A DNA stretch of 64,000 nucleotides from Vicugna vicugna. Its lineage: Eukaryota. The position numbers and the translations under genes are program-made. The notes under the pieces are model-generated. The model saw nothing but the letters and a program-made list of their open reading frames with translations. It was not told where the DNA came from and did no database searches. Of the stretch, positions 12,901 through 27,100 are shown one piece after another (within the stretch, counting starts at the first letter, position 1; every line of letters begins with the position of its first letter). The DNA lies in NCBI GenBank assembly GCA_013265495.1, contig MU058781.1:848963-912962 (forward strand). The letters run 5' to 3'.

Positions 12901-15900
12901 AATCACCAGTTTGGTTGCTAGCCAGATGCGACCTTTGAGTGACAGAGACACCTCCTAGGTTGACAGCGAGCACAAGTCACCACTGGCCAGTGATGCCACT
13001 GCAATAGGATCATAGCAAGAGGCAGGACAGGTTGGGGGTGGGACAATAATCGATTCTTCATTGAATATTTCTAAAGAAGAAATTTATTAAACTATGTCAA
13101 AACAGTGGTAGCAACGATGGGAACATGGATCTCAAATAGGTGGGGAAAAGAGGCATATATATCATAGTAACCTCCTGGGACCCCAGCAGGTAATCAGGAA
13201 GCTCTGATACTTGAACCCACGCTGGTCTGACTCTGAAGCTGACGTACTTTTGATGCCACCACGTGGTAAAATGATCACCTAGTACCCCGCTATGATTGTG
13301 CGTCAGTGTGGGGCTGCAGAACGGGGCTTCTGAACATGATTCTGGATGTTGAATTTTCCCTCCACAGAAGTGCTCAAATGGAAGAATCTTCGAGAAGATC
13401 CAGTCTGAGTGGGAACTTTGCAGACATCCTTCTTGACTCAAAAGGGGGTACAGGATCATTTGTTGTGGAAAAACAAAATAGAGGCAGCAACCAAATGATG
13501 ACAATCATTTAGTTCTATTAATATCCTATGAAATGTTTTCATGCTTCTCTGAATTGAAGATTAATTAGAAAAGACACTGAAGTATGTTTTTCTCCCCATC
13601 CCCTCACCCCCTTTTTTTTTTTGGACCATTGAAGTTCTAATACTAAAGCCATTGTGGCCACTTCCAGAATTTCCAGCTAGCAGTCCTCAAGATAAGGGAG
13701 TCAAACACCTATCCCCAAGGCATGTGGATCAAGTTAAAGCCTATTATTTTTGCTTTATGAGTACACACCTTTTGGAAAAGAAAAAGGGAGATTGACCCAT
13801 AAAACCTCACTAGAAATGGTTAAGAATCTGAACCAGATGTTCACCCTGAAGAGAGTATTTTCAGTTACCTGCTGATAGAGTGAACATTGTCCCATTGGCC
13901 GTGAACACATCCTACCCTCCGGGTAATTGCTTTATATTCTGACTTACAACCAAAGACAGCCTGAAGCAATTGGGGATGCTTAGCTTTGAAACCTTCTTAA
14001 AATCCTCCCTAGGGTTAAGAAAGTAGGGCAAGGTAAAAAAGAAAGAAAGAAAAAAAAAAAGCAGAACATGGATGTTTTGTAACAGGAGCTAAACCTGAAG
14101 AGAGGCTGATCGCGGGATGGCCGCAGAGAGGAGGTGTGATGGAGAAATCACCACTTGATTTTTCTTAAGTCCTTGGGCTCATCTCTGAATAATCTAAGTG
14201 GGTGGGTGGACATGATTCCCTTCAACTCTGGTCTCCTGACTTTTAACTCTATTTCTTTAAAACGAGTTGTTGCATAACAGGCTCCCCAGCAAACCGGCCT
14301 GATTGTCTGATCACCAAGCTGCACGTTCACACGTAGTATTTCCCATTTCGTTTTATTTCAGGCCAGGGAGGCATTTCAAAGAGAGGAAGGGAAAGATTTG
14401 TTAAGGCAAATACCAGACAGCCTGGACGTTCTCGCCTGAAGTAGGTGAGAGACAAAAAGAAAGACGCAGAAAGTGATTTTTCTAGAGATGCCTTTGTTTT
14501 CCATTTTGCAGTGAGAAATGGTTAAATTACTCGGCAGACTAACCAGGACCCGTGGCAGGTTAGAGTTCGTGCAGTATTTCTGCAGAACCACAGGCCGGAA
14601 GCCAGTCACTGTGCCCTGCAGAGCCCGAAGTCAGCTCCACAAGTCAGCGCCCCTGTCATCTGAAATCTCCGTCATGGAACCAGTCAACTCTGTCCCTTCA
14701 TTTCCGTGAGAGTCCAGGGTGACTTAACAAATCTTTTGAGACAAGTGAGTCAAGAGACTCCATAGAAGGCACGTCTGAGGAGCTAAAGCTGGCCTGGATC
14801 CGGAAGCACAGAAGCGATGAAGAAGCCACAGCACGCCAGACCCGCGAACAGGGGGCCTTAAACGAAAGTCCGCTCTCAGCAGAAAAACAAGTTAAGGGCG
14901 TCATTCAATGGTAGACGGAACAGGCCGGAACAGGTTCAAATGCTGCATATTTCACAACGGAGCTTAATTAAAACAGGACTCTGAGGCTGTTAATTGCATT
15001 ATAATAGTTCGGCATGAAATTAGGTCTGATGTGAATGTCCTTACAGTGGCTTTGTTTGCGTTGTTATAATTACGCAGTGGTACACAGCTTTACTGCACAG
15101 ATGGGTTTTTAGCAGCTCTTGGGTGGATTTCTTTTCTTTCCTCACTCGAATTTGCACTTTATTTGCCAGTGTGGAAAGTCAGCGAGAGGGAACCGGGGTC
15201 AGGAAACTAGGTCATTCTGGGTGACCCAGTTGGTCTCCCGTGTGTTGGAAGCTGAGAACTCCGAATAAGTTGTGCCTTGACGATCGTGATTCCGTTCACC
15301 AGTTCTTCAGGAGAGAACGTGTCCTTTAAAAACCGGGTCTCTCGGTAAGATGGGCACCTTATTCAGGAATGCTGTATTTTGTCTTGGAAAGCGATGCCTT
15401 TAGAACTAATGCGTGCGAATGTATGACTCAGATTCTGTAGTTCTGTAATACCATCTATTCCAGTGTATATTAGAAACGTCAGAATGTCAAAGATTTGTGT
15501 CTAGTTGAAAAAGAAAAAAGGTAACTCCTGTTCCCAAGATGAAAAGGCCCAGCAGGAGCTGGTTTTCCAAATGGTCAAAATGGATCCTTTCCCTTAATCT
15601 AGTCATAGTTTCCACTTTTTGGACAAAGACATAGCTGGTCCACACGAGAATCTCACCTGTCACCTTGACTTAAATACTAAAACCTTGGAAGACATGAGAG
15701 GTTTTGGAAGCATATAGGTTTGATCATGTTTTCAGTTTTCCCCTAGATATTTCTATTTCTATGCAGACTATGGATATCAGCAGTTTGGCACATTTCTTCA
15801 TTTTGTGTGTTGCTTCGAAATAAAAGAGCCAAAAATTAATAGAAGATTACCTAGAAATAAATTAGGTGAGTAAAATGATTATACCTTAATGTTTCTTTCT

Positions 15901-17669
15901 TTAACACAACCATGAGGAGCTAGAACGAGCACTTAAGTAAATTTGAACCAATTTGGAGAAAGATAATAAACTATGTCACATTGCCAAAAAGCCATACTTC
16001 TAAACAAAGTTCCCGGTGCTTAATTAAGAGAGAAATAATGCAGTTTGGGGAAAGCATGTATGGCCACGTGTGTTTGTATACACATTATAGAGTGAGTTTT
16101 GTTACGGTGAACGTTGCTAATTTTGGTAACCCCGAAGTATTATGGCTTGCATATTACCAGAAATAGGTGTTTTCCATCTCACTACTGCAAAACTCTTAAG
16201 AAACACACTAGGAGACCGCAAAGAACTTGACTTCTGGTTATGATCTTTTACAAAGCTCCTAGGAATAGAAGTAAATGCAAGAAAAAGATGCAGGTGGTTT
16301 CATGTAAGTAGAAAGTCACAGGTCTTAGCAGTGTTCACAAGGGTTTTGCTTGGGGACGTGCATGCAAATGTTAGTAATATTAGCAATGCAACCATATACG
16401 AAGAAGCTAGAAATGTGTTTCAGAGTGTCACCATAGAGCACCCTCTGTCTGCCACTCCCTACCTTGTCACCGGGCCTGGAAAGCACTGGCTACCAACGTG
16501 GAGAGTGGACCACAGAGGTGAAAACACTCCACTACAAATCTGAGACTAGGAATGGAGAGGGAATCAAAGAATGACAGAAAGGAGAAAAGTTAAGGAAAGA
16601 AACAAAACCTCTTTGCTCTCGCCGCCCACTGCTCTTGGAGATAAATCCTACAGGCAGTGAATCCATTGTTTAAAGGCAAAGGGGTCATAATGAGTTGGCC
16701 AGCAATATTTTCCACTTACACACTCCACTCTCTGTAGACACAGGGAAAAAATTCTTTAATTTTAAAGTGAGATCGTGTAACACACATAAATCAAGGCTGG
16801 AGAATTGCACAATATGCGCACATCTTCAAATTTTAAAGAGTCTCTTTCTTCTCCTGATTTCCAGAAAGGAAAAAAAAAAAAGCATGCATTTGGAGGTTAT
16901 TTATCTATTTGCTCTAATATTTTAGTTCCTGGTGTGACATAAATGAAGAAAAATAATTGGACTCACTTAGTTCAGACAACTAATTTTAAGCCACTTATCA
17001 GAAGGAAAGAAATCTGACTACAATTTTTTCCTTTGCAGATAGTAGATTTGCAATGCAGTGCATAGCCCTGGCTAAAGTTTACTCAAATCCATTAAAGCCA
17101 GTAAGCCACTAAATCACTGGTAGAATGAGCTTCAAATGTCTGCTAACATAAAGCTAACTTGTACCTTTAAAAAATAAAATTATTATTCTACCTCTGCTTT
17201 GATGTGAAAGGCATTGAAAGCAGAAGGCGCTTCCTCTGTTAGGGAATTATTCATCTCAAAGCACGGCCACCATCATGCTGGTGGCTAGTACTCTGTTTAG
17301 CTCATCTTTTGCTTTAATTTTCTCTAATGATAGAAAAACACCAAAGTGTAAGACAAACAGAAGATGGAGGGGAAGGGTTGTTCTGTTTATGTATGTGTGT
17401 GTGTTTTACCCTATTTTGAGGCTAAATTACCCCCAAACTTAGTTGCCCAAGTATTTTTGTGTCAACTGAAATGAACAATATTATATGAATTATAATTTCT
17501 TTACTTGCTAACCAAATTTACCCCCAAACTAAGTTGAGCTGTGTAAATTGGCTGAAAATCTAGGAGAGAGAACCTGTAGCAGCAAGAGGAAACTTACACA
17601 CATCGAGGATGGTCCCACATGAGTTTTCGCAATGACACTTGCATGGGTCTTCCTGCCCCAGCCACCTAC

Positions 17670-17945
17670 TGGGCTCAAGACACCTCCCTTCCCTCAAGAG
17701 TCTACTCAGATGTCACCCTATCTGTGAAGTCTCTCCTGGCCCCCCCATTGTGAAACAGTATCTCCACCCTAAGCCTTGTTTTCAGAGTAACACTTATTAT
17801 GTGTTACAACCAAACCTATGTGCCATGTATTTCCTTGTTTATGTCTGTCTTGCTGCACACAGATGTAAGCCTCAGAAGGAAAGGGAAGAGGGTTTGGCTC
17901 ATAAGAGGCCCTGAATATACATTTGTTGAAAGAATAAGGAAATGA
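17670..17945 (+). mobile_element. L2 3' end
   Basis: ctcagatgtcaccctatctgtgaagtct...agatgtaagcctc...atacatttgttgaaagaataa. Confidence 0.6.
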
Positions 17946-19297
17946 TTTATGTGATGTAAATGGAGTCAGCAGTGAAGGCAATCTGTTTTTTGGTTTTGTT
18001 TTTGTCATGGCTATCTTTGAAGCTACTGAAATTGATTGATTTTTGCCAACTGCAAAATTAATAAGCAAGACAACTCTTTTAGGTCCGTTTTCTAATCCTA
18101 CGGCCGTTCTTTCAGAAGAATCAGTGAGGTGAACTCTCTACCAACTTTCCACAATGCCAGTTTTAACTCCCTATTTCTTAACTTAGTGATGTTTGTTCAG
18201 CTGCTTTCTTATCAATCACCCCATCTACTCCACCCATATGCCAAAAATCGCCCATGTCTTAACTCTCTTAGAATAATACCCCTTTGCACGCATGTAAAAC
18301 CTTTACCCCAGGAGTTACAATGCATTTACCAATAATTATTGCTTCATTAAAAAAGCTCTACCAGTAAGAAAGTATTATTTTGATTTTATAGATGGTAAGT
18401 GTGAAATAAAGGAAATAAAAACTACATCCCTACCTTCCTAAGAGAACTGAAGACTAAGTCCGGCTTCATGCAGAGAGTTGATAGGGATATCAACGGTTTA
18501 AAGACAAAAAAAGATTGTATTTAACTTAATACTGCCCTCTTACAGGAACACGAAATGTTTCCTAGTTATTTTTCACAACTATAATAAATTAATGAGTGTC
18601 GTTTGTGCTTTAAAACTAGGTACTTTTTCATTCAAACTATTTCAAGAATGTTTTGGGGGCTCACTCATTCAAATTAGATGCTATGAGATATACAGGATAA
18701 ACTATGTTTTCTTGGCCGCCATGAAACTTACAATCTAGTAAGAAAAGTAAAAACAAATGCAAATATCTATAATTTAAAACCAGTAAGTTTTAAATGCCCT
18801 GGGAGAAGTGAAATAGTCTAAGGGATTTTGAGGAGGGATAAATCACGCCTGGGAGGGATGGAAACAGATGCTTCTGCTGGATACGTCCCCTGTGCTGACT
18901 CAGAAGAAGGGAGAGAAAAAGGCCACACATGTAAAGAGAGACACTTTTCATGTGACAAATAAAAGGAGTCGGAGAATTTGGCATCCATCTTCTAACCGAA
19001 TTATGATTTAGTCACTCTCAGTGAGTCTAGGTGTCCAGAGAATTAACACCTTTTGAGATTTCAAGGGACTGTTTCGGCTTCCCCATTTCATTGTCACACA
19101 CGAACATTCGTTCTTCCCCTTTTCTTGAATATAGTTCTCTCCCAGAGCATGAAATTTCCAGAGCAGGATAAAGAAAGGAGAAAATAGCATATAGAAAATT
19201 GATCACAGCAGTGACTATTTTGGGAAAGATTAATTAAGAATAAGAATTATAAATAATACTTATTTAGGACTCATTCTGTAAAAGGCTCTGTTCAAAG

Positions 19298-19985
19298 CAC
19301 ATTCATTCATTAGGTCATTCACTCAGCCGTCCACGCAAAACCGATTTACTGAAACCTTCCTTTGCACCAGAGGATTGTGGAAACACAGGACTGAACCAAA
19401 GAGACAGCAGACAGCCCTTGCTCTACTCCAGCCGGTGTTCTAGGGGAGGAAGACAGAACACAAATAACTATATATATCGTAAGCGCTATGGAGCGAAAGG
19501 AAACAGAGCAGCGGACCACTGGCAGCGGGTGGAGTCGGGAGGAAAAAGGGCCATTTCACTGCTGTTGTATTGAGAGCCTCTGCTTTGTTCAGGGAAAGCC
19601 TTTCTGAGAAGGAAACACTTGAATCAGCGTCTGAATAAAGTGAGGGGGTGATCCGTGTACATAATCAGAGACAGAGCAGAATTAGAGGAGGGAGCAGGAC
19701 GACCATGGCTTTGAGGGAAGTCCACTTGCTTTATGTTCAGGAAAAAGCAAAGAGGCCAAAAGAACTGAAACAGAGTGAGCAAAGGGAGAGACAGGAGCTA
19801 AGATCAGAGTGGGGAGAACTGGAGGGCGGGGTGGAGCACGCAGGGTTACGCAGACCCATGAGGAGTGTGGCTTTTTCTCTGAAAGAACTGGGAAACCATT
19901 GGACATTTTTGAATGGAGGCGTAACATTGATGACGATATTATAGGAATCACTGGCTGGTACTGAGGGATAACCTGGGCTTGGGAC
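19298..19985 (-). mobile_element. L2 3' region (L2a-like)
   Basis: cattcattcatt...tttactga...cagggaaagcctttctgagaagg...gggaaaccattggacattttt. Confidence 0.7.
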
Positions 19986-19987
19986 AA

Positions 19988-20447
19988 TGGTATGGATGGA
20001 ACTGTGTCTTCTTGAAAGATACCAAAGGCTTAAGTCCCAGTCCCCATGAATGCAGCTTTATTTGGGAAGTGAACTTTATTTGCAGTTGGTCGAGTTAAGA
20101 TGAGGTCAGGAGGGTGACCCTAATCCAGTAGGACTGTGTCTGGACAGAAATGAGAGATTTGGACACGGAGACAGACCTGCACACGCAAAGAGAAGGCCAT
20201 GTGAACATGAAGGCGGAGACAGTGGGGGTGCATCCATGGGGCAAGGATGCCAAAGCGGCCAGCAAGCCACGGGCAGCTCGGAGGGAATCGTGGAACAGAC
20301 TTCTCCTCACAGGCGGCGGGAGGAATCAGCCCTGCCAGCCCCCTGACCTTAGGCTTTGAGCATCCAGAAATGTGAGCCAGTAAGTCTCTGTTGTTGAAAT
20401 CATGCAGTCTGTGGCGCTCTGCAGTAGCAACCCAGGAGACTAACAGA
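19988..20447 (+). mobile_element. MaLR solo LTR (MLT1B/C-like)
   Basis: gttaagatgaggtc..ggtgaccctaatccagtaggactg..agaaggccatgtgaacatgaaggc..catccagaaatgtgag..gcaacccaggagactaacaga. Flanked by a 5-bp near-TSD gacaa/ggcaa. Confidence 0.85.
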
Positions 20448-20454
20448 GGCAATG

Positions 20455-20619
20455 ACTCACTTTATGCTAATTATGGCATGCAACCCTCGCCATAAACCTG
20501 GGTGGTTATTATTGTTTCAGATTTCAGGTAAAGAAACTGAAGCATAAAGGGACCAAGCAATTTATCTAAGATAAGACTTCGTAAATAGGAGAGCCAACAT
20601 ATGGCCCCAGAATGCAGAC
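20455..20619 (-). mobile_element. MIR remnant interrupted by the L1 at 20620
   Basis: gttattattgtttcagatttcaggtaaagaaactgaagcataaaggg. Confidence 0.55.
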
Positions 20620-20822
20620 TTTTTTTTTAAATTAGTCGATTAACAATGTTGAGTTCGTTTCTAGTATACAGCATCGTGATTCAATTATGTACATATAGAT
20701 TCCTTTTCATATTCTTTTCCATTATAGGCTATTACAAGGCATTGAATAGAGTTCCCTGTGTTCTACGGTAGGACCTTATTATCTATTATTTATATGGTAG
20801 TTAGTATCTGCAAATCCTGAAC
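20620..20822 (-). mobile_element. Young L1 3' end
   Basis: Poly-T, then tagtcgattaacaatgtt...cttttccattataggctattacaaggcattgaatagagttccctgtg...gtatctgcaaatcc. Confidence 0.85.
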
Positions 20823-21034
20823 CCTGCCTTAAACTCGGTTTCTACTGCCTATCTAAAAAGAGTTTAAAATTTTAAAGTAAGCAGAAAATACTGCCAAAGT
20901 GCCAGTCACTAATGGACTCTGGGTCTCCATCTCTTCCTCCATAAAATAAGGAAATTCAGTTAAATAATTTCTAAGGCATCTTCCAGGTCATATATTTTGT
21001 TTTTCTTATTAAAAATTTATTTGAAGATAAAAAA

Positions 21035-21160
21035 TATATCCACTGACAACATCACCAAGACTAAGATGTAGCGCATTTCTAGCATCCCCAGACTTTCCCC
21101 GTGCCACATTCCAGTCAACGCCTACCACCAGTCCCGGCAGTCTCCTGCTTGAACCAACAA
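21035..21160 (-). mobile_element. Old L1 (L1ME-like) fragment
   Basis: caccaagactaagatgtagcgcatttctagcatccccagac...cccgtgcc. Confidence 0.5.
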
Positions 21161-24100
21161 CAGTTCCGAACTTCCATCAAAGCAGTATGTAAATACATAC
21201 GGCAAAAATGGTCAGGCATTTCGCAAAAATGAATTCAAGACTCCTAGGGAGAAGGGAAACCCACGTGATATCCCACCCATAGTGCAGAAATCTGGGATTT
21301 CTCCTTGCATGTTCTCAGAGAGCAGAGCAAGCCTCTAGCCGACAACACACACCTCAGAGTGACACGTGAGAGGCCACTAAACCTCTTTGTTCTTTAAATT
21401 ACTAACTTATGGTGGGGGGAGGTGAGGAGGGGCAGAGTCACTCGGAAGCAGAAACGTAGCTCACCAATGTACTCATTTTGCGCTTGCAATACACCACAAC
21501 GCGGAGTGTTTAGAATGACTAGTGCAGTCAACAGAAAATTCATAATGTGGCATTTCTTTAGTTCTGTGAGGTGCATCCTACATTAATGCAGGATTTTACA
21601 CATATTTATTTGTAAATTATTCTTACTGGGGTTGCCTAAATCGAGCTCTTTAAAGCATATAATTTACATTAAATTTTTTAAGAGGCAAATAAGAAAATAC
21701 CAAACAAATGTTTTCCTCCAGTTCTTTTCTTAGACCAAAGCAAACCCAAACACCAATAAAATGTAAACATTGGATTTTCTGGATTATACACAGTGTAATC
21801 ACAAAGTCTGTAGACATAGGTAATATTATTTTAATATTCATTTTAATATTAATATCATCAAACCACTGGTCTTTGCCTATGTTTCAGCTTAACCTTTCTA
21901 TCTCTGGAAAGCAGTCTTCTGCAGTAGTCACGAGAACAAAATTCTAGATCTGGGTTTTTACCATTTTGGCAAAATTCTTTACTTGTCACTTTCCTAAGTA
22001 GTAAAATGGAGTTATTGAACTCAATGATTTCTAAGAGAATTTTCGTCTCTGAAATACAGCAGAGTAATGATCATGCACAAGGTTGGGAACACATAAGAAA
22101 TCCAAGACTGAGGATGTAACAGTACCTAAGTCAATATTTCCAGTCTTTCGAGTTCCTAGAGATCAGCAAGCCATGATAAACAATTTTTAACAGAATTTTT
22201 TTCTTCAACTTCGTTTGAATCTGAAAGAATGCAGTATCAAAATACACAAATGTGACCCATCAATGTGTTCGTCTTAGAAGCCAGAAAATCAAGACTCAAG
22301 GGGCAGGACTCTGATTCTGAAGCACTTCTTACTTAAGAGTCTAGAGGAAAGAAATATTTCCCAGAGTTTTGTTGAAAGATTTTTTGTGAGCGTGGAACTC
22401 ATGTGCTGTAGAATTCTATTAGATGTGCACTTCCTAGACAGAGTCAGCGTCTCTCTAGATACAAAGAGTGTGGACCAGCTGGATTTGTGAATTTTTTATT
22501 TCAGGTGACTTACAATGACATGAAGCACTGTCTGGTTTCTCTCATCTGTTCAGTTACTGGACATGAGAGTGAGTGACAGATGGACGAGTGGGTGGATAAA
22601 AGTGGGACATCAGGGCTCTCTCTCGAGCTCTGTCTCACAACACACGTGCACAAGCATGACACACACGTACATGAAACAGAGCACTTCCACTTTCCGGGTG
22701 ATTAAAGCATGCTCTAATCCACATTTCCAGCAATGCCAGCTTGATAGAATCTTTCAATAAACACTTTTTTGTAACCTTTCACTAATAGTCTGTTATTACC
22801 TCTATCAAAACTACAGCTTTATTTTTTATCAACAGCCTAATCAGCAACTAGACACAAGTTCACAATTCAGAGTTGTTTGTCTGGTTTTTAGATTTTTGGT
22901 TAATTATCTGAGGTTCATTATTTTTCTGTTAAGTCTAGTAAAAGAATCAAAAATTTCAACCAGTAGTCAACTAGCACAATCTACGTACTTCCTTTGTAAA
23001 GAAAAGGAGGCGAAGAGGAAACAAAACCCATGTCCCAATTTTCACTACGACAAATAGAATTTTCAAGATAATACAAAAGAATTACAAATAAAACAGTAAC
23101 CAACAGATTATATACTACCTGTTTTTTAGAATATTTAGTATAATCCCTTAGAAGTCATTTTAAGAAACCATATGAATATCTCTTAAGCAATAGGAAAATT
23201 GGAGAGAGTTTTTAAAGACATGTAAGTTGATTAAAAATTGATTTCAAAACTGAGTTAAAGCTAATGATGTTAAATTGCTTTACTATTTTAGCTCAGACTT
23301 ACTGTCATTAATTTGGCTTTTGTTAAATTACCTCAGTGGGAGGATATTTACTGATTTTTGAATTATTTATGTTGAAAATGCCCCATTTAAGTTTCCTAGT
23401 GATTTGGTGGTATAATATCTCGAAGTCAGGCAGGAATTTACTTGTGGAAGAAATAGGCATTAGAGGAGATTAAGCTAGAAATTGGCTTGAGATTTACAAA
23501 CTGGAGAAGAGGAGCAACTGGGGAATCACTTCAGCCCCTGGGGCGACTTTAGGAGAATAGCTGGGAAAGCTGTGTGCAGAGTGCGTGAGGCGTGGGTTCT
23601 GTCTCAGCCACAGTTCCAGAAATGGCTTCAAACGGGCAGCTGCGCTTGATCTTCTGACTATTTATCTTTCAGGTGCTTTTATTTCCAAGGTCGCTTATTG
23701 GACACATGGAGTTTAATGAACACAGCACTCAACAGACGAACACAGAACTAATGAGTGTCTATGTATAGGAAACAATAAAAAAGCACTGGACTCAGATTGT
23801 CAGGTAAGCTTATCCCTAAGGTTACTTTAGGTAACCATCACTGGGTTGTTATAGGAATTCATAGAGATGCTGTGTTCCTCTGTGTTTTCTGCCCATGAAG
23901 AAATTATTTTTTTGGAAGAGAGTAGGGTGGGTACAAGGATGAGCAAGAAAGAGTATCTGAAGGCGAAACATGTGGAGTAAGTCAGGGAAAGTGGTAAGAA
24001 CTTATTATTACAGGCACTATTTCATGTAATTATTATCACAAATACTAACCAAGAGAAAACAAGAAGAAGAACAAGGAAAAGGGGAAGTTTTTTCTGAAGA

Positions 24101-27100
24101 ACATCAACCCAATTATTTATAAGGTAGAAATTCTGAATATAACCAAAGGATATGGCTTCCGAGATGAAATACCTAACAAGAAAAATGCTCCAGGAGGAGA
24201 CTAAAAATCATATTAGATCATTGAAAACAAGTAGTTATGGGTTGAAAAATCATAAGTGTGTTTTTCAATAAGGGGAAGAAATAAGGCAAGCTAAAGAGGG
24301 TGGAAGTTCAAATTCTGGAATTAACTGGATTATCCACTAAGATTTCTAGAAAAGAGAACGGGAGATGCAGAGACCAGACAAGCTGGAGAAGAAATAAGCA
24401 TTTAGAGAGAGAGAGGAGCCCAAAGAGCTCAGGGAAGGCCGTCATCAAATACACGTTGCGTAATACACGACGGATCAGTTTTATTATTTAACTTGCCGAA
24501 AGATGAAACAATACAGAGATATGCTAACCATCAGCAGCAGCATTAATTTACAGTGGGAGAAATAATTAGGATCTCACTTTTTCTGGAGTAGAGTGAAAAT
24601 GTAAACAATGCTCTGCTCCAGGCAAGTGCTTTATCACTTGACAGGTGCATTTGAATTTCCATGGGCGGGATATAATAGGTTATTTAGGTGTCACTTTAAT
24701 AGAAAGACCCAACCATCAAGATGGACAGCAGACTTTATCAGTACTGCTGTTTGCAACTAATCCTCCAGTTTAGTACCCCGTGAAAATACCTGCGACAAAA
24801 CCTGTCCATTTTTCTTTTACACTCCATTATGGAAAAATCAATATGGGCGCTATTCATCACAAATCTCCCACCTGGCGGGGGCCCCAGCCAGATTCTGAGA
24901 GAGACCTGACAGGTTAGCACTCTGTGCGGCAGAGTCCATTGCTTATGGTCTTATTTGACCACATACTGCCACCCAGCATGGCCCAGGTGGCCTAGTGTAT
25001 GTTCTAGAATCTAATCAACACTGGCCAGAGACCCCGAGTCCGATTCCCTTAAGGTGAACATCATCTTAGTTTTCAAGCCAAGCACAGAAATTAGTTGACT
25101 TCCAAACGTGACAGATTAAATTTTAATCTGTTTTTTTTAACATTCAAGCAGTGAATAATAACTGGAAAATTTAGTAAAATTTATTATTCAGTAATTCAGT
25201 AAATTTAGTAAATAAAAATTCATTCAAGCAACCCACAAACTATACAATGACTCATTTCTTCACTATTCAACCAGTGTTATTAAAGTCTGACCACCTATTT
25301 TCCAGGAAAATGGTCTTTTTTTTTCCCCTCCAAAGCATCTCCACCAGATTTCATATCCAAAATCATATGTTCAATGGGAAAAATTCTTCTGTATTCCAAA
25401 GTAAATATATATGAATAGAATGCCACAGAGTTCATAACGGTCAGTTACAAAGCTGCATGAGACTAATTATCAAAGTGTCCAAAATTCAACACTGTCCCTA
25501 TGGAAGAATCTTGAAGGCAGAAAGTTTATTTGATTCCTCCTTAGTTCCCTCCAAATCACCAAAATGACATAGTTGCTAATATATTTGCTAGATCGATGAA
25601 TGTTTAATGAAGCAAAACTCATATATTTATTTTTGCTATTGGATATATTCGCAGAAGTTAAAAATTATTAAAAAAAAACTGATGTTAAAAAAAACACAAA
25701 TGATTCTTAGACGTCAAGATTCTAATTAACCTAAATTTAGGTCAACTGAGCATAGTACGTGGAGCTCTGTACCAGATCGCACAGACTGGCTCACCCAACA
25801 GATACTCCAGACACTTCACAGATAGAGGAAAATCAGAGTCGGCATTTCGCAGGCCCCCTTTCAGCTGCAAGTCCCTTTAATGCATTCCTTCCCTCTTAAA
25901 CTAGCCAGGGGGATTCTTTTCTCCACAATCCATAACCCTGACTAAGAAGAGATCCAAGGACTGCCCCAAGATGTTTTGCCAGTTAAGTGATAAACTGTTA
26001 TTTCCATTTTGAAGTCATAATTTTGCGCTTTTGACTTAGAAGTTGGAATTCTACAAATTATCAGCTCATAATACTTCTTCATTAGCAACTTCCCCGCTTG
26101 TAAGGACTTTCCAAAGCCAAGCCACTACATTTTATCACTGCCTTTCTTTTAATCATAAGGTAGCTACATATTTGCAAGCATTATCAGAAATAATCTGATG
26201 CTATTTCCTACAATGTCTTATCTCAGACAGTCTTTATTGCGCATTGTATTATGTTCCAGACACACTACCAGAGTATGCTGGGGGAATAAGGACAGAGTTC
26301 AGGAGAAGAAAACTCCCCTCAAGACGTGTGTTTTATTTACATGATGTTTAATTTGGGGGAAAAACAAGCAACCTCACATCTTCTAGAAACGAGACCCACC
26401 CTCTATACTGGGTTCGCCTGCGTCAGTGCGGAGGGGAGTGATTTGGAGGATGGTCTTGAATCCCAGCGATCACATATCATACAGGCAGAACAGCTGTGCC
26501 AAAGGGCGAGAAAAAATTTATCAGTGCACGTTTTATTGGCCTCAATTCTAAGGACTATTTGCTTCCAAGAGTTCCTCAGGTGATAGTAAAACTGATTCAT
26601 TTGGAGGCAAATAAATTCTCAGATATAAACAAACTCTTTGGGAAGTGACGGTGCCTCTGAAACTTTTTGATATGTAGATGTGTCCCGTATGGCACGCGCA
26701 TGCATACTTCCTCAAGAGTTAGATGTACATTTCGAAGCCGTGCCACACAATTGAGCCATTCATTATAACGGCTCCTCTTTGCTGGGTGATTGTTTTATGT
26801 GTTTAATTTTTGTCTTACACTCCTGGCTAGTAAGCTCCTTTACAACATACTTTATATGTCTTTCTATCCTCCAAGGTATTTACTGCAGCGCTGGGCAGAG
26901 CAGCGGCTCGAGAAAGGCCAGGCTCACTGTCAAGGAGATTTGGCACGTTCAATGATTTTTAAAGATTCAAGCAGGTTCATAGTTCTGGGATGACTTCTTA
27001 GTAGTATTTTAGTTTCGTTGCTCCCTTAAAATGACCTGCAGAAGCTCCTTCATTAATGAGCCAGAATTACACATTCAAAACACAGCTTCCAGCAATACCA

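Noticed and set aside
13097..13512. 135-aa and 68-aa ORFs
   Set aside because: No recognisable domain or splice-site pair; the longer one partly overlaps a MIR-like remnant.
13820..13841. aaccagatgt E-box resembling the neural-crest Coordinator motif (also 46050-46067)
   Set aside because: The homeodomain half-site (TAATT) is missing at the required spacing.
14723..14914. Plus-strand 63-codon open frame LNKSFETSESRDS...VIQW*
   Set aside because: Protein-like composition, but no start codon, no clear acceptor and no recognisable homolog; likely chance.
19648..20452. Cluster of 70-110 aa ORFs
   Set aside because: They lie inside L2 and MLT1 repeats.
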